The notes beneath the pieces were generated by a model. The model worked only from the letters and a program-made list of their open reading frames with translations. It was not told where the DNA came from and made no database searches. From Methanobacteriota archaeon (GTDB taxonomy: Archaea > JAADCQ01 > Methanopyri > Methanopyrales > Methanopyraceae), in the NCBI GenBank assembly GCA_027064305.1, contig JAMOPY010000017.1, forward strand, positions 1 through 37,089: a DNA stretch of 37,089 nucleotides, read 5' to 3'. Every line of letters starts with the position of its first letter. Within the stretch, counting starts at the first letter, position 1. Below are positions 35,725 to 37,089 of this stretch, piece after piece. A program made the position numbers and the translations under genes.

Positions 35725-37088
35725 CCGGACCCCAGGATCGAGCGCACCAGCTCCTCGTTCCCGCAGTGCTTGAGGAGCGCCTTGGTCAGCTTCCGGCGCC
35801 CGTACCATGACAGGACCTTGATCGCCAGCTTGATCAGCGGGCTGTGCCCCACGGACCGAGCGTACTCGCTGTACAGGATCGGCAGCCACCTGAGGTCATG
35901 GTCCACGCACTTGACGATCACCTCCCAGTGGGCGTCCGTCAGCCGCTCCGGCGTGAAGAAGTCGTGATCGCGCAGCCGGGAGTCCCCGATCGGGACGAAG
36001 AACAGCGGGACGATGAAGCTCTTGTAGTCGCGCAATCGATCGAGCAGCTCGGCGGTCTTCATCACGTCGTCCTCCGTCTCGCCCGGGAGCCCCAGGATCA
36101 GCGTGCCGCACGGGACCCAGCCGTGGTCGTTCATGATGCCGAACGCCTGCTCGACCACGTCCGGCCACTCCTCCACCTTGAACGGGGCCACCTTACCGGG
36201 CATGTGCTCGGCCATCAGGCGCGGGCTGCCCGTCTCGACCCCCACCTGCGCGCCCATCCACGGGACCTTCGTGCCCACGCCCAGGATGTCCGAGACCTCG
36301 CCCAGGCGCTCGTCGAACAGGCAGACCGTGGAGAGGGCCACGTGACTTACGCCGACCTTCTCCACCCCGGGGTGCTCGGCCACGGCCGAGAACAGCTCGA
36401 TCACGGCCTCCACATTGGGGTACACGCCGTCCGCCTTGTACCGTAGCACGTCCTCCGCGTGCAGCAGGATCTTCCTCTTCCCGCTCCGGACGATCGCCTC
36501 CACGTCCTCGAGGATCTTGCCCAGGGGGAAGCTCCGGAGCTCCCTCATGTCCGGGCTGCAGAACTTGCAGCCTCGGCCGCAGCCGCGCGCGATCTCCACG
36601 ATCCCGTTGGTGGTGGGGTTGACGAGGGTGGGAATGTCCTCCGGGTCAACGGGACGCCCCTTCACGATCTCCGGCCCGCGGTCACCCTCCTCGATCCGGC
36701 GCACGACGTCTCCGACGACGTACTCTCCCTCGCCCTTGATCAGGAAGTCGATGCCGAACTCCGGGAACCGGTCCTCCACCTGCCAGGCCCCGGGGCCTCC
36801 CATGAACACGCCGAACCCGTGCTCCCGCTTGAGCCTTCGGATGCGTCCCATCAGCTCCTCGAAGCAGATCTTCATGTAGGCGGGCTTCCCGGAGAAGGAC
36901 GTGAACGTGGTCGTGGCCGGACCCATCCCCTGCGGGTCGATCTCCGAGACGCCCACCGCGATCGTGTCCTCGTCCACCGCCCGCTCGATCGCGTCCGGGT
37001 GCGCCACGAGCACGTCGTACCCTTCCCGACGCAGCTGCGCCTCGATCCGCCGCACGCCGAGCGGGGCCTCCTCCACCTCGCCCGTCTC
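35721..37088 (-). CDS. B12-binding-like domain radical SAM protein (5' end outside window)
   Basis: APLG.R, GGPG, GEGE, CGRGCKFC (CxxxCxxC), GVETGS, GLPGETEDD; the frame is open to the window edge. Confidence 0.9.
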   Translation of the reverse strand, partial: ETGEVEEAPLGVRRIEAQLRREGYDVLVAHPDAIERAVDEDTIAVGVSEIDPQGMGPATTTFTSFSGKPAYMKICFEELMGRIRRLKREHGFGVFMGGPGAWQVEDRFPEFGIDFLIKGEGEYVVGDVVRRIEEGDRGPEIVKGRPVDPEDIPTLVNPTTNGIVEIARGCGRGCKFCSPDMRELRSFPLGKILEDVEAIVRSGKRKILLHAEDVLRYKADGVYPNVEAVIELFSAVAEHPGVEKVGVSHVALSTVCLFDERLGEVSDILGVGTKVPWMGAQVGVETGSPRLMAEHMPGKVAPFKVEEWPDVVEQAFGIMNDHGWVPCGTLILGLPGETEDDVMKTAELLDRLRDYKSFIVPLFFVPIGDSRLRDHDFFTPERLTDAHWEVIVKCVDHDLRWLPILYSEYARSVGHSPLIKLAIKVLSWYGRRKLTKALLKHCGNEELVRSILGSG

Positions 37089-37089
37089 C

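Noticed and set aside
159-36879. Many long antisense or alternate-frame ORFs (e.g. 3207..4985+, 9928..12552+, 28758..30218-, 5' part of 31698..34109-)
   Set aside because: Shadow ORFs caused by high GC and few stop codons. They are Arg/Pro/Gly-rich, lack motifs and overlap well-supported genes.
131-37088. Selenocysteine UGA read-through or frameshifted pseudogenes
   Set aside because: Genes ending in TGA appear full length for their families. No in-frame TGA at a Cys position and no SECIS-like hairpin was recognised.

Overview
Very GC-rich, gene-dense archaeal core-genome window from a Methanopyrus-type hyperthermophilic methanogen. Diagnostic genes are topoisomerase V, methanogen-type SerRS, MCR component A2 (AtwA) and methanogenesis marker 9. 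The Topo V differs from the M. kandleri AV19 sequence as I recall it, so this is probably a different Methanopyrus species or strain. Contents: an intron-containing tRNA-Pro(GGG); the rps13-rps4-rps11-rpoD-rpl18e-rpl13-rps9-rpoN operon; the rps6e-aIF2gamma-PIN-RraA-ppa-rpoE1-spt4-DPCK-rps24e-rps27ae-bud32 cluster; kae1-cas6-serS; rpa-radA-GGR; leuC-MTase-cysteine desulfurase; kptA-endoV-topoV; atwA-mmp9-phosphoesterase. The ORF track misses four box C/D guide sRNA genes on the minus strand (about 4006-4068, 6198-6261, 6905-6964, 22540-22605). Most use non-standard boxes (AUGAGGA/AUGACGA with CCGA), and five of the eight guides match conserved 16S rRNA sites, including the decoding-centre C1402. 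Other highlights: an orphan cas6 overlapping the kae1 stop with no CRISPR array in the window, a Tpt1-EndoV-TopoV cluster whose EndoV has Asn in place of a catalytic Asp, and a probable CTG start codon. No CRISPR array or mobile element was seen. All family assignments are from motif recognition without database searches.
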